From positions 248,001 to 312,000 of the forward strand of contig NIVC01000677.1 of NCBI GenBank assembly GCA_002269645.1: DNA of 64,000 bases. The letters run 5' to 3'. Below the pieces are notes generated by a model, which saw only the letters and a program-made list of their open reading frames with translations, had not been told where the DNA came from and did no database searches. This DNA comes from Macrostomum lignano (lineage: Eukaryota). Shown one piece after another: positions 49,228 through 61,440 of this stretch (position 1 is its first letter; every line of letters begins with the position of its first letter). A program made the position numbers and the translations under genes.

Positions 49228-52200
49228 CCGCCGCTCAGCAGCTAGCGCCAGTCGTCGCCACCGTCAAGCGGAGCCATGGGGCCATGCCGGCGATGTAAAA
49301 TCACGCAGAGGCCAAACGGCCGCCACCCACGTATTCTCCGGCATGAGCTTCGCTTTATCGAAGCACGAACCGCGCCGCACCCGCCTTGCCGACTGTATTC
49401 GCCGACATGGCGGAGCTGTGGTCGCTGTCAACGATTTTAGCCGTCGTTATCAGTCCGACCCGCCTAATATCGACTTTTTTGTGCAGAGCTACAATTGCGA
49501 ATTCGATGACAAATTCAACGAGGCAATTGGTGCGCGCTCGGACAACACGGTGCCGGCCGACTATGTGCTGCAGTGCGCCGCTAGAGGCCGCCTGCTCGAT
49601 GTCCGACTTCACGCGCTTGGGTGGCTGGGCGAAGACGGAGATGACCGGTGAGAGGAGAGAGTGGCAGAGAGACTGGGGGAGGGTAGCAGCCCCCTGGCCC
49701 TAAGAGACTGGGGAGGGTGGGTAGAGTAACAGCCCCCTGAGAGACTGGGGGAGGGTGGTGGGAGTAGCAGCCCCCTGAGATACTGGCTGAGGGTGGTGGG
49801 AGTAGCAGCCCCCTGGGATACTGGGGGAGGGTGGTGGGAGTAGCAGCCCCCTGAGAGACTGGCGGAGGGTGGTGGGAGTAGCAGCCCCTGAGAGACTGGC
49901 GGAGGGTGGTGGGAGTAGCAGCCCCTGAGAGACTGGCGGAGGGTGGTGGGAGTAGCAGCCCCCTGAGATACTGGCTGAGGGTGGTGGGAGTAGCAGCCCC
50001 CTGAGAGACTGGCGCAGGGTGGTGGGAGTAGCAGCCCCCTGAGATACTGGCTGAGGGTGGTGGGAGTAGCAGCTCCCTGAGATACTGGGGGGAGGGTGGT
50101 GGGAGTAGCAGCTCCCTGAGATACTGGGGGAGGGTGGTGGGAGTAGCAGCTCCCTGAGATACTGGGGGGAGGGTGGTGGGAGTAGCAGCCCCCTGAGATA
50201 CTGGGGTGAGGGTGGTGGGAGTAGCAGCCCCTGAGATACTGGCTGAGGGTGGTGGGAGTAGCAGCCCCCTGAGAGACTGGCGCAGGGTGGTGGGAGTAGC
50301 AGCTCCCTGAGATACTGGGGGGAGGGTGGTGGGAGTAGCAGCTCCCTGAGATACTGGGGGGAGGGTGGGTAGAGTAGCAGCTCTAATCTGCCTAATCTCC
50401 ACCCGCATCGGGCAGCAGTGAAGACTCGGCCCTAGCGGCCTGTCTGGCCTCTCTCCTACCGGCCTGGCCCCGGCCGCTTCCCAACCTGCTGGAGTCGCAG
50501 TGCCAGCCGCAGTGCTACGCCGAGTTTCTCGACTTTCCCGACCGATTTCAACGAGGAGAATCGCCCTCGGTGCTGCGACTGATTCGCATCCGACAACTGG
50601 GGGAGAGCGGGCAGGTGGCCGCGAACAGCGATTTGGTTGAATTCCTTCGCGCCTCCACTGGCTGTAGCGTTGTTTTTGGCTCTGGCTCCGGCAGCAGCGG
50701 CCGCGATTGCCTCCTGACTTGGCGGCCGGCTGGAAAGTCTTTGGCCCGGCTTCGCGTAGGGCAGTACGACTACGATATTGGACTGCGCAGGCGGGGCGGT
50801 CGAGCCTATCTGGAGGTCAGATGCTCTGATTTGTACCGTTGGAAGTTTGGGTCATGGACAGTTTGGGTCATGGCAGTCATGACAACCTGAGTCATATAGT
50901 TTGGGTCATAGACAGTTTAAATCATAGACAGTTGGGTCATGAACAGTTTGGATCATAAGCAGTTTGGCTCATAGACAGTGTGGGTCATAGACAGTTTGGC
51001 TCATAGACAGTGTGGGTCATAGACAGTTTGGGTCATAGAAAGTTTGGGTCATAGACAGTTTGAATCATAGATAGTTAAGGTCATGGCAGTCTAGTCATAG
51101 ACAGCCTGAGTGATATAGTTTAGGTCATAGACAGTTTAAATCATAGACAGTTTGGGTCATAGACAGTTTAAATCATAGACAGTTTGGGTCATAGACAGTG
51201 TGGGTCATAGACAGTTTGGGTCATAGAAAGTTTGGGTCATAGACAGTTTGAATCATAGATAGTTAGGGTCATGGCAGTCTAGTCATAGACAGCCTGAGTG
51301 ATATAGTTTAGGTCATAGACAGTTTAAATCATAGACAGTTTGGGTCATAGACAGTTTGAATCATAGATAGTTGGGTCATGAACAGTTTGGATCATAGGCA
51401 GTTTGGTTTATAGACAGTGCGGGTCATAGACAGTTTGGGTCATAGAAAGTTTCGCTACGCGACAGTTTCGGTCGTGGAAAGTTCGCTACGCGTTGATGAA
51501 TTCTATGTGATTCATTGAAAACATATTTTTCCTATCTTCTATCACCAATTCAACAAGCCATCTAGATGCCAGTCTAAATTATGGGGCATAGTAGATCGAG
51601 TCACAGCCTGAGTATGTGTACTTCGAATTTGTGCAAAATTGCAGCTATATGTAGATCAAAGAGTCCTTGCCCAAAGACACACATCAGTAGCTTTTTAATA
51701 ATAAAAAGTCATAGACATTCCTACTCTACTGTTAGTAAAAATGTAAGCAATTAGCTAATAAAATTATAGTAAGCATTTTTATATATTAAACTAGCTACTG
51801 AGAGTAAAAATAAGAGTTTTTTAAGTTGCAAAATAATGAGTAAAACACGCACACACACAAGTCCTATGATACGCCCCTCGCTCGCGTACACCAGGCCATG
51901 GACCTCATAGCGGCTCTGTCAGACGCTGTGCACAATCCGTCTACTGAATCCGTCACCGTGGCTCTGCTTTCTAACGGCCTGTTCGAGCGTGCAATCTCCG
52001 AGCCAATCTACGGCCGCGGCACCGGGGACCGCTGCTGCGTAGTTTCAACCGCATCAGCAGCCTCCTTGGACTCGGCCGTGGACCCGATGATGTCCCGGCA
52101 CCACCTGTTGGGCACATCGCTGCACGAACTGCTGCACTGCTTCGGTCTGGATCATTGCCCCTACGCCAGCTGCGTGTTGAATGCCTACAGCGACGACAGC

Positions 52201-52443
52201 GGCTTGCTCGACGAAGCCTCTCTGCCTGCCCTGCTGATCTGCCCGGTAGATCTGCGGAAGCTGTGCTCAATAGTCAGTCCGGATTCTGCTAATACTGTCC
52301 TGTTGTCCGGCCGCCGGCTGCCTGAGTATTTCGATAGGTTAGCGGCTCTGCTCAGCCGCCTACGGCTGGGTGCCAATGCCAGCCTGGCTGAGGCTATGCG
52401 AGATCGAGCTGTAGCTGCTTTAGAAGCAATTGGAGAGCCATAG
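49228..52443 (+). CDS. BRCT domain fused to an archaemetzincin (peptidase M54) metalloprotease, 3 exons
   Basis: Exons ~49228-49647 (VFSGMSFAL...CIRRHGGAVV...DYVLQCAARGRLLD, BRCT-like), 50416-50815 and 51895-52443 (HELLHCFGLDHC...C...CPVDLRKL); introns phase 2 and 0 are compatible. The 5' start is unresolved (first in-frame ATG at 49343). Confidence 0.8.
49660..50385. repeat. 37-39-bp G-rich intronic minisatellite
   Basis: About 19 units of gagggtggtgggagtagcagcccctgagagactggcg. Confidence 0.94.
50860..51500. repeat. ~17-bp satellite (catagacagtttgggt) in intron
   Basis: About 35 units; ends in CpG-containing variants (gacagtttcggtcgtgg). Confidence 0.9.
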
Positions 52444-52844
52444 CAGCTCGGCTGTAAACGTGTCTGTAGTATCTTGCGCCAGGGCCCTCTGGTTGGATTC
52501 TGGGCATTCATTATGGTGCATAGAATCGGCCATGGGGCTGTCATGCGGCTCTCAGCCATGAGGGCCAAACCCCAAAGCACGTATGAGTGCGTGCCTGCGT
52601 ATTATATTGGCGCGCTTGTATGTGTGTGCTCAAGAGAGTGCTCACCGGAATGGGCAGATTTCGGTCATGGATTCGGCTAACGAACAGTTTTTCTGCATCA
52701 GTACGAGCGTACAAAACCCCTCTGTGATAATGCGTGTGCGTTCTTGTTTTTAGGTGCCTTGTTAATAAATAAATCTGATCATTTATTTTATAATTTATCT
52801 TTTTTATAAATCTTTTTAATTGTCTCTTTTTTGTCCAATTTGAC

Positions 52845-54890
52845 TGACTGACTAACTGACTCCCTCATTGACTGACTCCCTCATTGACTCACTGACTCAC
52901 TCATTGACTGACTCCCTCATTGACTGACTCCCTCATTGACTCACTGACTCACTCATTGACTGACTCCCTCATTGACTCACTGACTCACTCATTGACTGAC
53001 TCCCTCATTGACTGACTCCCTCATTGACTGACTCCCTCATTGACTCACTGACTCACTCATTGACTGACTCCCTCATTGACTCACTGACTCACTCATTGAC
53101 TGACTCCCTCATTGACTGACTCCCTCATTGACTGACTCCCTCATTGACTCACTGACTCACTCATTGACTGACTCCCTCATTGACTGACTCCCTCATTGAC
53201 TGACTCCCTCATTGACTCACTGACTCACTCATTGACTGACTCCCTCATTGACTGACTCCCTCATTGACTGACTCCCTCATTGACTGACTCCCTCATTGAC
53301 TCCCTCATTGACTCACTGACTCACTCATTGACTGACTGACCGACTCACTCGTTGACTCACAGACTCACTCATTGACTGACTCCCTCATTGACTCACTGAC
53401 ACACTCATTGACTGACTCCCTCATTGACTCACTGACTCCCTCATTGACTGACTCCCTCATTGACTGACTCCCTCATTGACTCCCTCATTGACTGACTGAC
53501 TCCCTCATTGACTCACTGACTCACTCATTGACTCACTGACTCACTCATTGACTCACTGACTCACTCATTGACTCACTGACTCCCTCATTGACTGACTCCC
53601 TCATTGACTGACTCCCTCATTGACTGACTCCCTCATTGACTGACTCCCTCATTGACTGACTCCCTCATTGACTGACTCCCTCATTGACTGACTCCCTCAT
53701 TGACTGACTCCCTCATTGACTCACTGACTCACTCATTGACTGACTCCCTCATTGACTGACTCCCTCATTGACTGACTCCCTCATTGACTCCCTCATTGAC
53801 TGACTGACTCCCTCATTGACTCACTGACTCACTCATTGACTGACTCCCTCATTGACTGACTCCCTCATTGACTGACCCCCTCATTGACTGACTCCCTCAT
53901 TGACTGACTCCCTCATTGACTGGCTCCCTCATTGACTGACTCCCTCATTGACTCCCTCATTGACTGACTCCCTCATTGACTGGCTCCCTCATTGACTCCC
54001 TCATTGACTGACTCCCTCATTGACTCCCTCATTGACTGACTGACTGACTCACTCACTCATTGACTGGCTCCCTCATTGACTCCCTCATTGACTGACTCCC
54101 TCATTGACTCCCTCATTGACTGACTGACTGACTCACTCACTCATTGACTGACTAACTGACTCACTCGTTGACTCACAGACTCACTCATTGAATCACTCAT
54201 TGACTGACTCACTTACTCACTGACTCACTGACTGACTCACTTACTCACTGACTCACTGACTGACTCACTGACTGACTTGAGTGAGTGGGTGACTGACTCA
54301 CTGACTGACTTGAGTGAGTGGGTGACTGACTCACTGATTGACTCACAGACTCACTGACTCACTGACTGACTGAGTCACCGACTGACTCACTGACTGACTC
54401 GCTGACTGACTTAAGTGAGTGGGTGACTGACTCACTGACTGACTTAAGTGAGTGGGTGACTGACTCACTGACTGATTCAATGACTCACGGACTGACTGAC
54501 TCACTGACTCACGGACTGACTGACTCACTGACTGACTTGAGTGAGGGGGTGACTGACTGACTCACAGACTCACTTACTCACTGACTCACTGACTGACTGA
54601 GTCACCGACTGACTCACTGACTGAGTCACCGACTGACTCACTGACTGACTCACTGACTGACTTAAGTGAGTGGGTGACTGACTCAATGACTCACGGACTG
54701 ACTGACTCACTGACTCACTGTCTCACGGACTGACTGACTCACTGACTGACTCACTGACTCACTGACTGACTCACTGACTGACTGACTCACCGACTGACTC
54801 ACTGACTGACTCACTGACTCACGGACAGACTGACTCACTGACTGACTTGAGTGAGGGGGTGACTGACTGACTCACTGACTCATGGACTGT
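52845..54890. repeat. (GACT/CACT)-based satellite with 16- and 20-bp units, upstream of SMAD4
   Basis: About 2 kb of tgactgactccctcat / tgactcactgactcactcat. Confidence 0.95.
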
Positions 54891-55056
54891 GTCTGAACGA
54901 AACCGCAGCATGCTTGACGACAGACTGCTGCCAGTAATAAATCCAGCTTGTTAATAAATTTCCAGCCGCCAGCGCTGAGCGCGGTGTCATATTTCAACAA
55001 CCGAAGAAGCTTCTGTCAAAAAAGATTATTAGCCTCTATAAAAGACTTCCCAGTCA

Positions 55057-58000
55057 ATGCTGTCCCTAAACATGAACAGCAGCAATCCGCCTGCGGTCTG
55101 CAATCCGCCCGCGGCGGCGCCGTCTCCCGCCTATTCGGCCGCCAGCAGCAGCGCCGCCATGGCAATGCAGCACCCGCCTCAGTCGCCCGCCTCAGTTGGC
55201 GCCGCCTCCTCCGTCACGTCCTCCGACGCCTGCCTGTCAATTGTGCACTCGCTGATGTGCCACAGGCAGGGCGGCGAGTCCGAGGGGTTCAGCAAGAAGG
55301 CTATCGAGTCGCTGGTGAAGAAGCTGAAAGATAAGCGCGACGAATTGGACGCGCTGATTCAAGCTGTGACCAGCAACGGTAATCAGCCTACAAAGTGCGT
55401 CACCATACCCAGGACTCTTGACGGCCGGCTGCAGGTAATGACTGGCGCTTTGATTTGGATTGATACCGTGTAATCCCACCGTTTGTCACCCTGTGCTCCC
55501 ACTGTTTGTCACCCTGTGATCCCACTGTTTGTCACCCTGTGATCCCACTGTTTGTCACCCTGTGATCCCACCGTTTGTCATCCTGTAATGTCACTGTTTG
55601 TCACCCTGTGATTCCACTATTACCACTCTCTGATCCCACTATTATCACCCTCTGATCCCACATTACCACTCTCTGATCCCACTATCATCACCCTCTGATC
55701 CCACTATTATCACCCTCTGATCCCACTATCATCACCCTCTGATCCCACTATTATCACCCTCTGATCCCACTATTATCACCCTCTGATCCCACTATTATCA
55801 CCCTCTGATCCCACATTACCACTCTCTGATCCCACTATCATCACCCTCTGATCCCACTATTATCACCCTCTGATCCCACTATTATCACCCTCTGATCCCA
55901 CTATCATCACCCTCTGATCCCACTATTATCACCCTCTGATCCCACTATTATCAGCCTGTGATCCCCAAACACTCCAGGTGGCCGGTCGTAAAGGCTTTCC
56001 CCACGTGGTGTACGCGAAGATCTGGCGCTGGCCGGACCTGCACAAGAACGAGCTCAAGCACACCCGCCAGTGCCAGTACGCGTTCGAGCTCAAGCAGGAC
56101 GCAGTCTGCGTCAATCCGTATCATTACGAGCGCGTGGTCAGCCCCGGCTTGGAGTTCTCCACTCTCAGCCTTGGCGATGATGACGACGCCACCTCTCAGC
56201 CTGATTATGCTTCCCCTATGCTGCACCAGCAGCAGCACCTTCAGCACCAGCCTCAGTCTCAGCTGCATCCGCACCAGCTGCATCCTGGCCAGCATCAGCA
56301 GCAGCAACAGCAGCCGCCGCCGCAGCATCATCTGCATCATCACAACCAGCAGCAGCAGCAGCAGCAACAGCATCACGGAAGCTGGGGAGCTCAAGCCATG
56401 CCGCCGCCTCCGCCCATTCATCATCAGCAGCTGCAGCATCACCAGCTGCCGCCATTGTCAGTGGCCACTCCCTGGGTTGAACGCAGCGTCTCTTGTCAGC
56501 AGCCGCTAACCAGGCAGCCTCACCCGGTGCACTGGTGCACCATCACCTACTATGAGCAAGCCGAGCAGGTTGGCGAAATGTTCAAGGTGCCCTACCAGCA
56601 ATCCAAGGTGATCATTGACGGCTACACTGACCCTTCGTCCAGTCATCGCTTCTGCCTCGGCCAGTTGAGCAACGTTCACCGCAGCGAGGTCTCCGAGCGA
56701 GCCAGGCTGCACATCGGCAAAGGCGTCAAGCTGACTATGCGAGACGAGGGCAACGTGTGGCTGGAAGTGCTCTCCGACCACTCCGTCTTTGTTGGCACCT
56801 TCTATCTGGACCGGGAGGCCGGCCGCCCGCCCGGCGATGTTGTGCACAAAATCTATCCGGGAACTCATATTAAGGTGAATCTGGGTGAAAATCTAGATGT
56901 GAGAATCAGATCAAGGTGACCCTCTGTAGATATGAGGATCAGATCAAGGTGACTAGAATCTGTAGATATGAGGATCAGATCAAGGTGACTAGAATCTGTA
57001 GATATGAGGATCAGATCAAAGTGACCATCTGTAGATATGAGGATCAGATCAAGGTGACCATCTGTAGATATGAGGATCAGATCAAGGTGACCATCTGTAG
57101 ATGTGAGGATCAGATCGAGGTGACCATCTGTAGATATGAGGATCAGATCGAGGTGACTAGAGTCTGTAGATATGAGGATCAGATCAAGGTGACTAGAGTC
57201 TGTAGATGTAAGGATCAGATCAAGGTGACTAGAGTCTGTAGATGTGAGGATCAGATCAAGGTGACTAGAGTCTGTAGATGTGAGGATCAGATCAAGGTGA
57301 CTAGAGTCTAGATGTGAGGATCAGATCAAGGTGACTAGAGTCTAGATGTGAGGATCAGATCAAGGTGACTAGAGTCTGTAGATGTGAGGATCAGATCAAG
57401 GTGACCCTCTGTAGATATGAGGATCAGATCAAGGTGACCATCTGTAGATATGAGGATCAGATCAAGGTGACCATCTGTAGATATGAGGATCAGATCGAGG
57501 TGACCCTCTGTAGATATGAGGATCAGATCAAGGTGACATATCTGTAGATACATATCTGTACATATATCTGTACATATATCTGTACATATCTGTAGATATG
57601 AGGATCAGATCAAGGTGACCATCTGTAGATATGAGGATCAGATCAAGGTGACAGTCTGTAGATATGAGGATCAGATCAAGGTGACAGTCTGTAGATATGA
57701 GGATCAGATCAAGGTGACTAGAGTCTGTAGATGTGAGGATCGGATCAAGGTAGTAGTCAGTAGATGTGAGGCTATATACTAGTAGTATTTCAATTACAGA
57801 AATGCCCATGTGGAACTAGCATCAATAAGCTCTTTCTTCGAAATGACAATTCGTGTCTAAATAATCAAATATTTACTCTAAAAATCTATCGTTTATTTCT
57901 AAGAATCGGTTATTTACTTCTAAGAATATTTTGTTCATTTCTATAAATCGGTTATTTATTTCTAGAATCCTTTATTCATTTCTAAAAATCGGTTTTTTAT

Positions 58001-58907
58001 TTCAAAGAGTCCTTTATTCATTTCTAAGAATCGGTTTTTTTTAAGAATCGGTTTTTTCTACGAATCTTTTATTCATTTCTAAGAATCGGTTTTTTTAAGA
58101 ATCGGTTTTTTCTAAGAATCCTTTATTCATTTCTAAGAATCGGTTTTTTTTAAGAATCGTTTTTTTCTACGAATCTTTTATTCATTTCTAAGAATCGGTT
58201 TTTTTAAGAATCGGTTTTTTCTACGGATCTTTTATTTATTTCTAAGAACCGGTTTTTTATTTCTAAGAATCCTTTATTAATTTCAAAGAATCGGTTTTTT
58301 TTCTACGAAACTTTCATTTATTTCTAAGAATCGGTTTTTTATTTCTAATAATATTTTATTTGTTTCTAAGAAACAGTTATTCTCTCTTCCCCTCTCTCTT
58401 GTGAAGGTGTTTGACATCCTGCAGTGCCACCGGGACATGCGGGCCCAGGCCATCCAGGCGCAGCACACAGCCACAGCCACGGCTGCCGTTGTGGCCGGCG
58501 GCCCGGCCCCGGCCGCCGCCATCCCGTCGGCGAATCCCATCGCCCTGCAGGCCGGCGCTGGCATCGGCGTCGACGAACTGCGCCGCCTGTGCGTCCTGCG
58601 GATGAGCTTCGTGAAAGGATGGGGGCCGGACTATCCGCGCAAGACCATCAAGGAGACGCCCTGCTGGGTTGAGGTTCAGCTGCACCGGCCGCTGCAGCTG
58701 CTTGACGAAGTGTTGCAGAGTCTGCCATTGAATGATTTGAAGCCTACGCGACACTTTCTGCAGCAGGGCGGCAGCGGCGGCGCCTCCGCCAGCCCGAAGC
58801 TTCCCAGCCAGCAACCGCCGCCCCCGCAGCAGCAGCCACAGCAGCAGCAGCAGGTGCCACCCGCTGCGGCACCGCCTCTATCGCAGCAGTCTGGCATTCA
58901 TCACTAA
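55057..58907 (+). CDS. SMAD4: Co-SMAD (SMAD4/Medea), 3 exons
   Basis: Exons 55057-55434 ([42 protein letters not shown]...RTLDGRLQ), 55978-56874 ([10 protein letters not shown]..., NES-like [10 protein letters not shown]2 WCTITYYE) and 58407-58907 ([22 protein letters not shown]); no C-terminal SSxS. Confidence 0.97.
55470..55955. repeat. 22-bp intronic minisatellite (cccactattatcaccctctgat)n
   Basis: About 22 units with gradual sequence change along the array. Confidence 0.94.
56895..57755. repeat. 33/36-bp intronic minisatellite containing donor-like AAG|GTGA
   Basis: About 24 units of tgtagatatgaggatcagatcaaggtgaccatc. Confidence 0.95.
57900..58375. repeat. AT-rich compound repeat (ttctaagaatcggttttt)
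   Basis: Degenerate units in the 3' half of SMAD4 intron 2. Confidence 0.85.
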
Positions 58908-60034
58908 ACTCTGCAGACTCTACATTATACTATCCCTAATACCATAGCTATCCCTCCCGCTCTGCCCATTGGTTCTATTTGCAATACCTTTTTAATTTCT
59001 CTCTCTCTCTTGACAGTTTTCCTGTTTTGAGCAAAATTTAGCCTTGTTACAGTCATATAATCCTGTTTACAGGTTCCTCAAATGCGCTAATCTGATGTTG
59101 ATTGTTTAATAATCTGTATTAGCAGGTCCACCTGTTTCAGGGGTGACGTCATACATTTGTACAAAAACTCGCGTATTTCCTTGTTTTTTAGCCGTTTTTT
59201 CATGTTAAAAATAAATGCATCAAAAGTGCGCATTGTACAACAACTTACAGTTGCAAATGAGAATTGAAAACTTGATTAATTGCATACAATTTCTACCGCT
59301 TACTGATATATGTTGCTTTCTTCTGCAAATGTACAGCAGAACAATTTTTATATTTCATAGCAGCTAAATGAAAGCCTTTCTTTAAACCAATCGCCTGACG
59401 TTTTATTGCTAATTCTTGTTGGTAAGCTATATAAGCAAGCTTTAATTTGTTGATGCCTTAATTACGCCTGTGTATTACAGTGTCTCCGCGTACATTCTAC
59501 TTGCTATAAATGTATTGTTTTTGCGATTTTTATTAGCTGACGATCTCTTATGAGTGCTTGCATTGTACACTGTACATATGCTGTAAGGCATAGTTTATAA
59601 GTTATTACTCGAATAATAATGCTTCTATTTCTCATGACCATGGATTTTCTAAACATGCCAAGCAAGGACACCTAGATCTAGAATCTGGATTAGAAACTTC
59701 GACCCAAATTTGAATTGCTTATTATTTGGTTAGTAGCGCAGATACTAGAATAACTACTAGATACATGTACGAGTGTCACTCGCAAAATGCGTTTATCGAC
59801 TCTTTTATTGAGTAGCACAATTAGCGTTTTTGCCTTTAATAATAACAAATTTTAAATTTTACAAAATATTTTCGTTTTTGAAGCTGCAACAATCGCCTCT
59901 GCATGGATTTCTATAAGCAGGCCCATTAAATTAGCATTCCCACCCTGTTTAAAGCTGCGCCCAAATCTAGTGAGTGTTCATAGCCAGCCAGACCAGTAAA
60001 CAGTTTGACTTTCCTCTTGCCCGCTTGTGACTGA

Positions 60035-60345
60035 TTTTGACCTCTCGCCTTCCTGCTCTCTCATTGGCTGAGCTAGATTTGGCCTGCCCCTCCTCCCCAG
60101 GCAGAGTTTCGTCCGCCTCACTTTGACCTCTCTCCTTACTGCTCTCTCATTGGCTGAGCTAGATTAGGCCTGCCCCCTAGCCAGAGTTTCGTCCGCCTCA
60201 CTTTGACCTCTCTCCTTACAGCTCTCTCATTGGCTGAGCTAGATTAGGCCTGCCCCCTAGCCAGAGTTTCGTCCGTCTGACTTTGACCTCTCTTCTTACT
60301 GCTCTCTCATTGGCTGAGCTAGATTAGGCTAGCCTGTTCCCTAGG
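60035..60345. repeat. ~80-bp tandem repeat, ~3.7 copies
   Basis: Unit starts near 60036, 60121, 60201 and 60281 (tttgacctctc...ctctcattggctgagctagatt). Confidence 0.9.
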
Positions 60346-61191
60346 CTGAAGTTTCGTTCATCTTGCGTTTACTTGTCTTATATTGAATTAAATGCTTGTT
60401 TTTAATTCTGAACTCCATGTACCCCTGAGACCGCTAACCCCGAGGAAGGAAGGAAAGTTAGCTGCCACATTAAATTTAGGTGACACTTCGCGTATAAACT
60501 ACTGATAAACTACACGCTCTACTTTTTCACAACTTTAATTGCGAGTGACATATCTACTGGTTACTCTAGTATCTGTCTGGTCAGGAGGAGTAGCCACTGC
60601 AGATTTGAGATGGATAGAAGATTGCGCTTATTTCGCTCGTAGACATGCTTGAGCCGGCAGGAATCAATTTTCAACTATTTAGAATTTAAAAAGCGTTCTG
60701 CTTTTCTAAATTCACTTTATATATAACATAACCAGTAGTACTAAAGTACATTGTGACTCATTTATACGCTTTGTAAAATTGAAAGACTCTATCCCTCTCT
60801 CGGACTAGCTCTTGTATTGTTTGCTTTTTATATAAATACAATTTATAATAATTGGCTGCTGCAGGTGCCAAACTGAATAAGCCGAAAGCTGCGACTTTTT
60901 GCCTGCAACAATAACATGCTGAATAGTTGAATTTAATGTAAAGGTTTATTTATCTTGTAGTCTGGGCAGAGCAGGTGTTTGCTTTTACTCAAAACTAATT
61001 AGAACTGAGATTTATCAGACTTGTCTGAATACCGTATAATTAGGAAATATAAACAAAAATGTATTTTACGTAGTATAGTTAATCAGAGATTACACTTGTA
61101 ATTTTAAATTTATGAGTAATTCTTAACCTTTTGCAATTTCTGCGAATATATACCGTTAATTATTGCGAAATAACTTTCGCAAGAGAGTGCT

Positions 61192-61440
61192 TGTTTGTCT
61201 GCTCCCAGCACTCTCTCAGGTTTGTCTGCTCCCAGCACTCTCTCAGGTTTGTCTGCTCCCAGCACTCTCTCAGGTTTGTCTGCTCCCAGCACTCTCTCAG
61301 GTTTGTCTGCTCCCAGCACTCTCTCAGGTTTGTCTGCTCCCAGCACTCTCTCAGGTCTGCCTCAGCTCCCAGCACTCTCTCAGGTCTGCCTCAGCTCCCA
61401 GCACTCTCTCAGGTCTGCCTCAGCTCCCAGCACTCTCTCA
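61192..61440. repeat. 27/29-bp minisatellite overlapping the DEG/ENaC stop codon
   Basis: About 9 units of ...gctcccagcactctctcagg. Confidence 0.92.
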
